This document shows, piece after piece, positions 1-7,706 of a stretch of 59,718 nt of DNA. Both the position numbers and the translations under genes were made by a program. How positions within the stretch are numbered: position 1 is the first letter of the stretch; the number at the start of each line of letters is the position of its first letter. The stretch comes from Coleofasciculus chthonoplastes F2-STO-03 (GTDB lineage Bacteria; Cyanobacteriota; Cyanobacteriia; Cyanobacteriales; Coleofasciculaceae): NCBI GenBank assembly GCA_040222015.1, contig JAVJWO010000095.1, positions 1 to 59,718 of the forward strand. Reading direction: 5' to 3'. The notes under the pieces were generated by a model. The model was not told the origin of the DNA, searched no databases, and saw nothing but the letters and a program-made list of their open reading frames with translations.

Positions 1-136
1 CAAATGACAAATGACAAATGACAAATGACAAATGACAAATGACAAATGACAAATGACAAATGACAAATGACAAATGACAAATGACAAATGACAAATGACA
101 AATGACAAATGACAAATGACAAATGACAAATGACAA
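1..136. repeat. Tandem heptamer array (CAAATGA)n, about 19 copies, STRR-type; truncated by the window edge
   Basis: Perfect CAAATGA units read directly from position 1. Confidence 0.97.
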
Positions 137-322
137 TCTGCGGCGTTAACTTTTCGGTGTGTCTACCTACTTAAACTGGCAAAAACGGCTTTATTGAACC
201 GATAGCTGGCTCCGCTCAAACTCTCTGTTGATTGACTGAGCTGGGCTATTTGGGTTAATAATTTCGTTAATATCGATAACCCAGATGACTCTCGACTTAC
301 CCAAATAGCCGATCAACTTAGA

Positions 323-706
323 TTAGCGCCGTTCCCCAGTGAAAATATCTTTGAAGATATCCTGAATATCCTCCTGTTTATAATCCTTAAATTCCCCCGC
401 ATCAAACCAGATCCCATAACAGATCGGGCATTTTTCATACCAAATATGAGACTGTTTTAGATCAACCATTTTGGTCATTTTTGCTTTGCATTTCGGGCAA
501 TTAATATCTTCAATGGCATTAAATTTACTGCCGATTTTGGGATCACCCGTATCAATTGCTTCAGATCCCTCTATGTCTTTGAGAGTTTGAGCTTCTTGAG
601 AATCAAACCAAATGCCATGACAATCAGCGCATCGGTCTACTTCAACATCAGCATAAACTACAGGTTCCAGGCTTCCTTGACATTTAGGACATTTCATTGA
701 GGTCAT
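323..706 (-). CDS. Double zinc-ribbon (zf-TFIIB-like) protein
   Basis: Two CPKC...C-x2-C-x-G-I-W-F-D modules. Confidence 0.85.
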   Translation of the reverse strand: MTSMKCPKCQGSLEPVVYADVEVDRCADCHGIWFDSQEAQTLKDIEGSEAIDTGDPKIGSKFNAIEDINCPKCKAKMTKMVDLKQSHIWYEKCPICYGIWFDAGEFKDYKQEDIQDIFKDIFTGERR

Positions 707-975
707 TTTTCAACCATTCCATTCGGGATTATTTTAAGATGGTTGTAGTTTAGCAATTGTATGGGCGACCTATACAGTTTTATTTTTAAAAGTTAACGAA
801 AATGTAACCGTTCAGGGTCGGATGTATTCGCACTCTGGATAGGCGAGTTCGTAGCCAGACTGATAGGAGTGTACCTCCTGCGGCGTGAGATTTTCAGTTT
901 TCATGGTGCTGCAAGTGTTGATTTAATGTTGGCGAGAGGCGCTTGGCGAGAGGAAAACAACCGAGAACCTAGGGA

Positions 976-1105
976 TAAGTAGTCGGACATAAATAAACGG
1001 CACTGTACCCAGAAGCAAAAAATGCTTGTAACCTTTGCCTCAAGGGAGTTAGAGTCGCATTTACAAAACTTTGCACAGTTCCCAAAACTTTTGTCCGACT
1101 ACTTA
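976..1105. mobile_element. MITE of about 130 bp with terminal inverted repeats and TA ends
   Basis: TAAGTAGTCGGACA at 976 and TGTCCGACTACTTA ending at 1105; the same right end recurs near 25382-25398. Confidence 0.8.
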
Positions 1106-1240
1106 CCGCAGTAAGGCGTTTTACGTTTGCCTCTGTTCGTTGGGCGTCTATGTCTGTTAGTCTATAAGTAAAGTACAGTACCGTCAAGCACTTGCCTTGA
1201 AAGATCCGTAAGGTAAAGACGATAATTAAACAGTAAGGAA

Positions 1241-1459
1241 ATGAACGACAATGAAATGCCAGCCAAAGGAGAGAGTGTCCAAACGTATGTCCCCCTGGAA
1301 ATAAAGAAAAAACTGGAGGATTGGGCGCAAGAGGAGGAACGTTCTATCAGCTTCCTAGTTGCCAAGCTAATTACTGAGGCGGTTGAAGCCAGAGAAGCCC
1401 AGCACAAAACCCCAGCGCCTGAACCAAGCACCGGGGCTAAAGGGAAGGGGAAAGGATGA
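1241..1459 (+). CDS. Ribbon-helix-helix (CopG/Arc-like) DNA-binding protein
   Basis: VQTYVP-x-EIKKKLEDWAQEEERSISFLVAKLITEAV pattern; AAGGA RBS. Confidence 0.8.
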   Translation: MNDNEMPAKGESVQTYVPLEIKKKLEDWAQEEERSISFLVAKLITEAVEAREAQHKTPAPEPSTGAKGKGKG

Positions 1460-1480
1460 GAGAGGAGGGGAGATCTCGCT

Positions 1481-1672
1481 ATGACTTACAGTGAGGAATC
1501 GGCTCAGTACAACGTTCACTCAGCCGTAGACGAAGAACATTGTTTAGAAATGGAATCTAAGTATGGCTGGACTTTGATAGATGTCGTACCAACGAAAGAT
1601 CCAATACTCAAAGTGGATTGCGTTTTCGAGGGCGAACAAACTTCATTTGAGGATACCCGTTATGGTGACTAG
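1481..1672 (+). CDS. Small acidic hypothetical protein
   Basis: Strong GGAGG RBS; lies in a tight operon-like arrangement. Confidence 0.65.
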   Translation: MTYSEESAQYNVHSAVDEEHCLEMESKYGWTLIDVVPTKDPILKVDCVFEGEQTSFEDTRYGD

Positions 1673-2039
1673 AGTAAAAAACTGGATTGTATATAGAACA
1701 GACCGCGCCAGCGCTCCAGGATGGGAAGAGAGACTGTTGATGCCTAGAGAGAGCCTAACAGATATCCTTTGGGAGCATCGAACAAACTCTAACAAACTGC
1801 CAAAAGTCGGTGACAGAGTGCAAAGGTTTGAAAACTTGGAAGACCCAGGTAACGGTGCTACCCATGTTAAAGGTGACGATTGGGTTGTAACAGAGGTTCA
1901 CGAATTTGCTTCACCTACAACAAATATGCGAATTGTGATTTGTTTTTGTGAATATTCACCAATTGAACCCGAATGGCTCCAGATGAAGCGCGGCAAGCCA
2001 GTGGACGAAATGTTGAAAGCTTTAAGAGTAGGACATTAA
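1662..2039 (+). CDS. Hypothetical protein (likely start ATG 1662)
   Basis: ATG overlaps the stop region of the upstream ORF; protein-like composition. Confidence 0.65.
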   Translation: MVTRVKNWIVYRTDRASAPGWEERLLMPRESLTDILWEHRTNSNKLPKVGDRVQRFENLEDPGNGATHVKGDDWVVTEVHEFASPTTNMRIVICFCEYSPIEPEWLQMKRGKPVDEMLKALRVGH

Positions 2040-2055
2040 AGCCAGGGGGAACAAG

Positions 2056-2275
2056 GGTATCGCCAGATTAAAGGTAGAAGTGGCACCTTCTTAGGGTCTA
2101 TCGAGGTGACACCGTGCCAGTTTGCCGTAATCAGCCAGTTACATCTGATGCTCCCCAGCAAGGCAGGGAAACGGCGCGGTTACGGCGGAACAGTCACCCG
2201 CCACGGCTTGAGGAAGGGTGATTACGTCAAAGCAGTTAAAGCCGGAATCACCTATTACGGCTACGTTTCCGGTAA
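2056..2275 (+). pseudogene. isrB: C-terminal fragment of an IsrB/RRXRR-type IS200/IS605 nuclease
   Basis: QLHLMLPSKAGKRRGYGGTVTRHGLRKGDYVKA..AG..Y.GYVSG matches the recalled IsrB C-terminus; the preceding RPPxSRR motif is missing. Confidence 0.75.
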
Positions 2276-2437
2276 TGAACCTTATGTCGTATTATGGGAA
2301 ATAGATTAGAATCACGTTCATCTGGGAGATCTTCTAGTTTGAGACTCCTGACTACTGGAGAGCCGACTGGTTATAGCAAATTAGTAGTTTAAATGTGCTG
2401 AAACCCTTTTAAAATTTCTTACTACAGCGGATATAAT

Positions 2438-3352
2438 TTATTTCCAGGTACTTATGCTTCCGTTCACTGTTACCTGATCAAGACTACCCAGCCATTTAGT
2501 TCTTGGCACGCGATAGGGTTTAAATATCAAGGGTTCCAAACCGCCAAATTTAACCAAGTGAGCCAGAAAATGTAACGTCCCGGCTAGAATATCACTCCGT
2601 TGCGATCGCACAATATTGCTTAATTTCAATTGATCCGGAGATTGCCAAAAGTCCTTCATTGATGCCACAATATCCGGAGCATTGGATAAGCGCACGAATA
2701 AAAAGACAACTTGAGCCATTTTTGCCTCGACAGCCGCTGGGTTTTTGAGTTGATTTCCTTGAAATGTTCCGCTAAAACGCTGCTGAATAAATCTTTTCAC
2801 CTGCTGGGAATAGGCTGTAGAATTATAGTCAGCAATCGCTTGAGAAACCGATTGATAGCGACCCGAATTAATTAGAGATCCGATAACACAAGCCGCTACA
2901 TCGGCGGTATAGTCTGAATCTCTAGCAAAGCGAGTTAAGGCTTCAGATAAGCTTGTGACCGCTAGGGTTTCGTATTGCGTCCGATAAACAATAATTGCTG
3001 AACCAATATCACCCGCCCACGCCGTATGATCCGCTGTCCATTGGGTTAAATCTGACCATTGAACACCGGGTTGATTAATTTGGTCAGACAGGGAGGCGAG
3101 AAAGTGACCAAAGTCTGTGGTTTCTCCACTTAACAAGACATCCCCATTGAGTTTTCCTTGAAATTCTCCTTCAATATAGTCTTGGTGATAACCTGTAGCG
3201 GTACTCCATAATCTGCTTGTATAGTTTTTCCGGGTATAGCCGCGCAGGATATTGGCAATTTGATAGGCTGATTGATCAGGATTTTGCCGTTCAACGTTTC
3301 GGATAAATTCTAAGGCGGTTTCAAGTTTAGACATAAATTCGTCATTCGTCAT
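2438..3352 (-). CDS. Hypothetical protein (alternative start 3334)
   Basis: 304-aa ORF overlapping the cofG stop; DFGH and WAGD motifs. Confidence 0.75.
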   Translation of the reverse strand: MTNDEFMSKLETALEFIRNVERQNPDQSAYQIANILRGYTRKNYTSRLWSTATGYHQDYIEGEFQGKLNGDVLLSGETTDFGHFLASLSDQINQPGVQWSDLTQWTADHTAWAGDIGSAIIVYRTQYETLAVTSLSEALTRFARDSDYTADVAACVIGSLINSGRYQSVSQAIADYNSTAYSQQVKRFIQQRFSGTFQGNQLKNPAAVEAKMAQVVFLFVRLSNAPDIVASMKDFWQSPDQLKLSNIVRSQRSDILAGTLHFLAHLVKFGGLEPLIFKPYRVPRTKWLGSLDQVTVNGSISTWK

Positions 3353-4370
3353 TTGTCATTTGTCCTTTGTTAATTAGGACATCGCTTCCCCGTTGGATGT
3401 GATTAAATCTTATATTCAAAACGGCTTGTTGTAATCGTGGGGACAACCAATCATTATACTTTGGATAAACGGGTAAGCGGGGTATGAGATGCCATCCGGC
3501 TGGTTCAATACTATTTTGTAATCGCTGAATTTGAGGATGGGGATAATCGGGATTTACCTCGTCTTTGGGTCCAATTCCGCCCAAATCTCTCGCCCCTGCT
3601 GCTAAACAGGCGAGTAACCATTGATCATCTAGCATTAAATTGGGCGGAATTTGCAGGGTGATATCGGCGGGTAAAATTTGACGGGCTTTAGCAATGACGT
3701 GAGGTAACTGTTGCGGATCAAATGCGGGGGCTTGCCAATGTTGTTGATCACCGGGACTATGGGGTTGTAAAATCACTTCTTGGATGTGACCATACTGAGT
3801 ATGAAGCTGCGCGATCGCATCCAAGGTTTCCCACCAATCATCACTTGTCTCACCAATACCCAACAATAGCCCTGTGGTAAACGGAATCTGTAATTCCCCC
3901 GCCCAAACAAGCTGTTGTAGTCGCACCTGGGGTATCTTACTGGGTGCATGACGGTGAACGGTTTGCTGGAGTTGGGGCGTTAGTTGTTCCAACATTAACC
4001 CCATTGACACATTTACCGACTTTAGCGATCGCATATCCTCAAACTGCAAAAGTCCAACATTAGTATGGGGTAGAAATCCCATGGATAGGGCGAGTTCACA
4101 CAAATCATAAATTCGCTGGAACCAGGCTTGACGCCGTGGTGAATGGGGATGTACTTCACCGCTGAGGATGAGGATTTCACAAATTCCCTGGGATTGAAGC
4201 TGTTTTAAGAGAGTATCAGCCTCAGTTAGAGTCAACCATGAACTTTGACCCGGATCAGTGCGAAAGTTACAATAGCTACAACGGTTAAAGCATTCGTAGG
4301 TGGGAACCAGCGTGTAAGCCGGACTATAGGTAATAATTTGAGAACCGCTCATGGTCATTGTAGATGACAT
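3342..4370 (-). CDS. cofG: FO synthase subunit CofG (radical SAM)
   Basis: TYSPAYTLVPTYECFNRCSYCNF (CxxxCxxC), IPFTTGLLLGIGE, DLGGI..DEVNPDYP; start trimmed to MSSTM. Confidence 0.92.
   Translation of the reverse strand: MSSTMTMSGSQIITYSPAYTLVPTYECFNRCSYCNFRTDPGQSSWLTLTEADTLLKQLQSQGICEILILSGEVHPHSPRRQAWFQRIYDLCELALSMGFLPHTNVGLLQFEDMRSLKSVNVSMGLMLEQLTPQLQQTVHRHAPSKIPQVRLQQLVWAGELQIPFTTGLLLGIGETSDDWWETLDAIAQLHTQYGHIQEVILQPHSPGDQQHWQAPAFDPQQLPHVIAKARQILPADITLQIPPNLMLDDQWLLACLAAGARDLGGIGPKDEVNPDYPHPQIQRLQNSIEPAGWHLIPRLPVYPKYNDWLSPRLQQAVLNIRFNHIQRGSDVLINKGQMTNDE
3811..3818. repeat. HIP1 octamer GCGATCGC (one example of dozens across the window)
   Basis: Also at 4025, 5235 and many other positions; a cyanobacterial hallmark. 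Confidence 0.95.
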
Positions 4371-4482
4371 TAAACCTGATGTAAGTGTGACGTAAGGTTG
4401 AATGTTTAATTTTATAATCTTAAAACCACAGAACAGGGAACAGGAAAATACCCTTCGCAACGCTTTTCGGGCATGGCGCATT

Positions 4483-4639
4483 TGTAGGGGCGGGTTTGAC
4501 TACTATCCTTTCTGACTTCACCCCAATGCAACTAAACCCGCCCCGATCAATTACTTACGCAACCACACCAAATGTGCTGATTAAGGTGCGTTACGCTTCG
4601 CTAACACACCCTACATATAGAGCCTTTGCGTAAGTCCTA
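4483..4639. repeat. Cluster of GTAG-family REP palindromes and a MITE remnant (ACTTACGCA...TGCGTAAGTCCTA)
   Basis: GGGGCGGGTTT...AAACCCGCCCC and GGTGCGTTA...TAACACACCCTAC inverted repeats. Confidence 0.75.
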
Positions 4640-4660
4640 AAGACAAATGACATAAGACGA

Positions 4661-5344
4661 TTAAATCTCAGCCATATCTTGGGAACGCTCCAACCAGATA
4701 GCTCTCAATCCCGCCGCTTTAGCCCCCTGATAATCTTCTCGCAAACTATCGCCAACGTGCCACGCTTGTGAAGGTTCACATTCATATTTCTGTAAAGCGC
4801 TAGTAAAAATTTTGGGATCAGGTTTAGCCGCCCCCACTTCTGTGGAAATGGTGATTGAACTGAAAAACTCATCCAGATTCAGTGCTTTTAGCACTAAGTA
4901 AAGGCGAGAATCAAAATTCGACAAAACACCCAATTGAATACCAACTCGCCGCCACGCCTCCAGCGCTGGGATAACATCTGGATAAATAAACCAGGGTTCG
5001 GCGGTGGCAAAGTGGGTGTAAAGGTGGTCAAAAAAATCGGTAAAGTCTGCAAACTGTTCCAGAACACCAACTTTTTGGAACGTGCGAAGGGCAATCACGC
5101 GCCACCATTCAAATTCACATTGAGGAATCTCTTCAGAGTCTGTGTCTGGGAAAACCAAGGGATCAGCCGCAGCAAAAGCTTGGAAAAAGGCATCGTTAAC
5201 CAGTTTCGGTGGTACATTCACGTTGAACTGGCGAGCGATCGCGCTGTAAATCTGACCCACACTTCCGCGCACCCCAAATAATGTACCGACGGCATCGAGT
5301 AAAATGACTTTTGGATTGGTCATTTGTCCTTTGTCATTTGTCAT
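4661..5344 (-). CDS. HAD-IA family hydrolase (REG-2-like); start may be 5323
   Basis: DAVGTL, SNFD, KPDP and GDS..D motifs. Confidence 0.9.
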   Translation of the reverse strand: MTNDKGQMTNPKVILLDAVGTLFGVRGSVGQIYSAIARQFNVNVPPKLVNDAFFQAFAAADPLVFPDTDSEEIPQCEFEWWRVIALRTFQKVGVLEQFADFTDFFDHLYTHFATAEPWFIYPDVIPALEAWRRVGIQLGVLSNFDSRLYLVLKALNLDEFFSSITISTEVGAAKPDPKIFTSALQKYECEPSQAWHVGDSLREDYQGAKAAGLRAIWLERSQDMAEI

Positions 5345-5486
5345 TTGTCAAATAGTCATGGCGGGTTTAGTTACTTATGGGTGAGGTCAGATAGTAGTAA
5401 AACCTGTCCCTACGCAACACTCAATCAGGGCGGGTTTTGAACAAAAGTTATCGTCAACCGTGAAACGAAAATCCATAAACCCGCCC

Positions 5487-6689
5487 CTACATACCCTCAT
5501 TTTTGAGCAGATTCAATAAAGGTTGTGCCATCCAATTTAAACCAACTTTGAGCTGATGGTCTAGGGTGGGCATACGATAAAGATAGGCAAGACGCCGCGC
5601 TAGATGGGCAAAAACCCCATCAAGTTTTAATCCTAACCCAGTAAGTGTTGCGTTGTCTGTCCCTAATGTCATCATTTCGCCTAAATGCTGGTAGCGGAAG
5701 GGGAGTAAGGGACGCCCAGTTAGAGATGCCCAGATATTCCAAGCGGCGTAATCAGCTTGCTGGAAGGCAGATTGAGCAGTATTGGGGACTTGTTGACCTG
5801 TGGCGTCTCGACAATCGGCTAGATCCCCTAAAGCATAAAGTTCTGGATGGTCAACCACTTGTAGGGTTGGGGTGATCATGAGTTGACCCCGGTGGTTTTG
5901 TTTAAAGGGGAGCGATCGCACGACGGGGGTGACTGTGGTTCCGACTGTCCATAACACAATATCGACAGGAATTGTATCCACCTGTCCTTTGTACAGCAGA
6001 GAAATGGTATCGGCGCTGATCGCATCTACTGAGGTGTCTAAGTCAATCCATACCTTTCGCTCATTTAACGCATTCTGTGAGGCTTCACGGTTAAATTCGG
6101 GAGAGGTTTTCAGAATCATCTCACCTTGTTCAATTAACCGGATGCGTCCGCGTTCTCCCAGCCGTTCAGCGAGTTTGCAGGCGAGTTCCACGCCACTATA
6201 CCCACCCCCCACAACCGCGACACGAATTTTTTCCACGTCGGATTCTTCGAGAATGCGTAACCGTTCTTCTAAACGATAAGCATCTGCGATCGCCCGAAAC
6301 GGAATCCCATGTTCAGCGACACCGGGGACGCTTTCCATCGGTGTAACTCCACCTAAGGATAAAACCAAGCGATCGTAAGCAAACTCTATGCCATCCTGCA
6401 ATTGTACCCGCTGTTGCTCACTATCAATACCCATCACAGTCGCTTGGGTAAAGCGTACCCCAGTATTTGCCAGGAGTTCTTCAAAGGGTGGGGCAATTTC
6501 CCAGGTTTGCAGTTCACCTGTCAGGAGTTCGTACAGCAGGGGCATAAATACGAAGCGATCGCTTTGATCAACAAGTATAATTTCTGGCTGCTGTGACGTT
6601 TCCCAAGGGAGTTGGCTTAAGCGCAGGGCAGTATAAAGCCCCCCAAAGCCTCCACCGAGAATACATAATCGGGTTGTTTGGTCACTCAT
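5487..6689 (-). CDS. ndbB: Type II NAD(P)H dehydrogenase family, NdbB-like (demethylphylloquinone reductase)
   Basis: GGGFGG and GGGYSG dinucleotide motifs; N-terminus resembles Synechocystis NdbB as recalled. Confidence 0.8.
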   Translation of the reverse strand: MSDQTTRLCILGGGFGGLYTALRLSQLPWETSQQPEIILVDQSDRFVFMPLLYELLTGELQTWEIAPPFEELLANTGVRFTQATVMGIDSEQQRVQLQDGIEFAYDRLVLSLGGVTPMESVPGVAEHGIPFRAIADAYRLEERLRILEESDVEKIRVAVVGGGYSGVELACKLAERLGERGRIRLIEQGEMILKTSPEFNREASQNALNERKVWIDLDTSVDAISADTISLLYKGQVDTIPVDIVLWTVGTTVTPVVRSLPFKQNHRGQLMITPTLQVVDHPELYALGDLADCRDATGQQVPNTAQSAFQQADYAAWNIWASLTGRPLLPFRYQHLGEMMTLGTDNATLTGLGLKLDGVFAHLARRLAYLYRMPTLDHQLKVGLNWMAQPLLNLLKNEGM

Positions 6690-6748
6690 TGTTGAATGGG
6701 CGGATTATCCGTGGTAGGGGAACTTCCTTCCAGGATAGCAAGAGGCAG

Positions 6749-6778
6749 TGTAGAGACGTAGCATGCTACGTCTCTACA
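6749..6778. repeat. REP palindrome TGTAGAGACG-N-CGTCTCTACA; related copies near 11901, 16161, 21989, 23920, 28866, 32380, 43309 and 45705
   Basis: Perfect 30-bp palindrome; dispersed family seen directly. Confidence 0.9.
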
Positions 6779-6783
6779 ATCCT

Positions 6784-7254
6784 TTATATATCGCCGCGAA
6801 TTTCTTCGACTACGCCATCTCGTAGCAGAATTTCGACCTGCATTTTGCGAACTAGGTTATCTCCGGCTTCAACGCGGAAGAAGCTTTCGATTTGACCTTG
6901 ATTGACTTCTTGGTCAAGTTCGAGCATCTGTACCTGTTGAAGTTGCTGGAGTTGCTGGTTTTTTTGCTCAAGCAGCTCACTTTTCTTTTGATTGACCTGC
7001 AATTGAATACTTTCGATTTGCTGCTTGACTTGAGGACCCGGAGGATTCACACTTTGCTTTTGAATTTCTGCGATCGCCCGTTGCCCTTGCATGTCCAACT
7101 GTTGAAGTTGAGAGTCCAGTTGGTTAATTTGTCCCTGGAGTTGTTGTTGTACCTCCTCCTTCCAGCGGGGTGTGACAATGGCTTTAATATTAACTGGTCG
7201 CTTCAAGAGTAGGTTGGATTGAGATTCTTTGGATTGAGATTCTTCTGTAGGCAT
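6784..7254 (-). CDS. YlqD family protein
   Basis: LLKRPVNIKAIVTPRWKEE...EILLRDGVVEEIRG with a Q-rich coiled coil; start set at MPTEE because the longer ORF runs into the IS end. Confidence 0.85.
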   Translation of the reverse strand: MPTEESQSKESQSNLLLKRPVNIKAIVTPRWKEEVQQQLQGQINQLDSQLQQLDMQGQRAIAEIQKQSVNPPGPQVKQQIESIQLQVNQKKSELLEQKNQQLQQLQQVQMLELDQEVNQGQIESFFRVEAGDNLVRKMQVEILLRDGVVEEIRGDI

Positions 7255-7281
7255 ATAGGTATTTCTCAGTAGGTCTGACAC

Positions 7282-7582
7282 GTGACTATCCTCCCACACC
7301 CAATCAAAGATTATGGTGTGGGCTTCCAACATCGCTGTTAGACATTGCTGCCCTGCGCCACTTATCTAGGACTAATGCCCCCGACAGCCCGACTTGACAG
7401 CCAATTTCTTTCCCCCAGAGTCCCTGGGTACTCAGTTGCTCATCGCCTCGGTTACAGATTTCCTGTGCTGAGGCTACATCTCTATCGACCTCATACTTGC
7501 ATTCTGGGCAACTATGCCATCTATCCGACAGTTCCTTTCTGACTTCAATACGGCAGTTTGGGCAATGGCGTGGGACTTATTG
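7282..7582 (-). mobile_element. tnpB: Internally deleted IS200/IS605 (tnpB) mini-element: partial left end, tnpB C-terminus and right end/reRNA
   Basis: Minus-strand frame 7564-7304 reads CPNCRIEVRKELSDRWHSCPECKYEVDRDVASAQEICNRG (Zn ribbon plus RuvC-III DRD); right-end hairpin CCCACACC...GGTGTGGG ending in GTCAC; left end CAATAAGTCCCACGCCAT. Confidence 0.85.
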
Positions 7583-7706
7583 CCTCCCCCAATCCCCCAC
7601 CGCAAGTTAAAAAGGTAAGGGTTAATCCGACTAACAGGATAACCTAAAGTTTGGGGGCATAATTATGTTAAGAGCAACAGGCAACTTACCAGCATACTCT
7701 TTCACC

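Noticed and set aside
1..136. Tandem array as a CRISPR
   Set aside because: Contiguous 7-mers with no spacers, and no cas genes in the window.
7255..7332. N-terminal extension of YlqD (MLEAHTIIFDW...)
   Set aside because: Largely translated IS right-end sequence; family similarity begins after MPTEE.
7345..7542. 65-aa plus-strand ORF
   Set aside because: Antisense shadow of the tnpB fragment.
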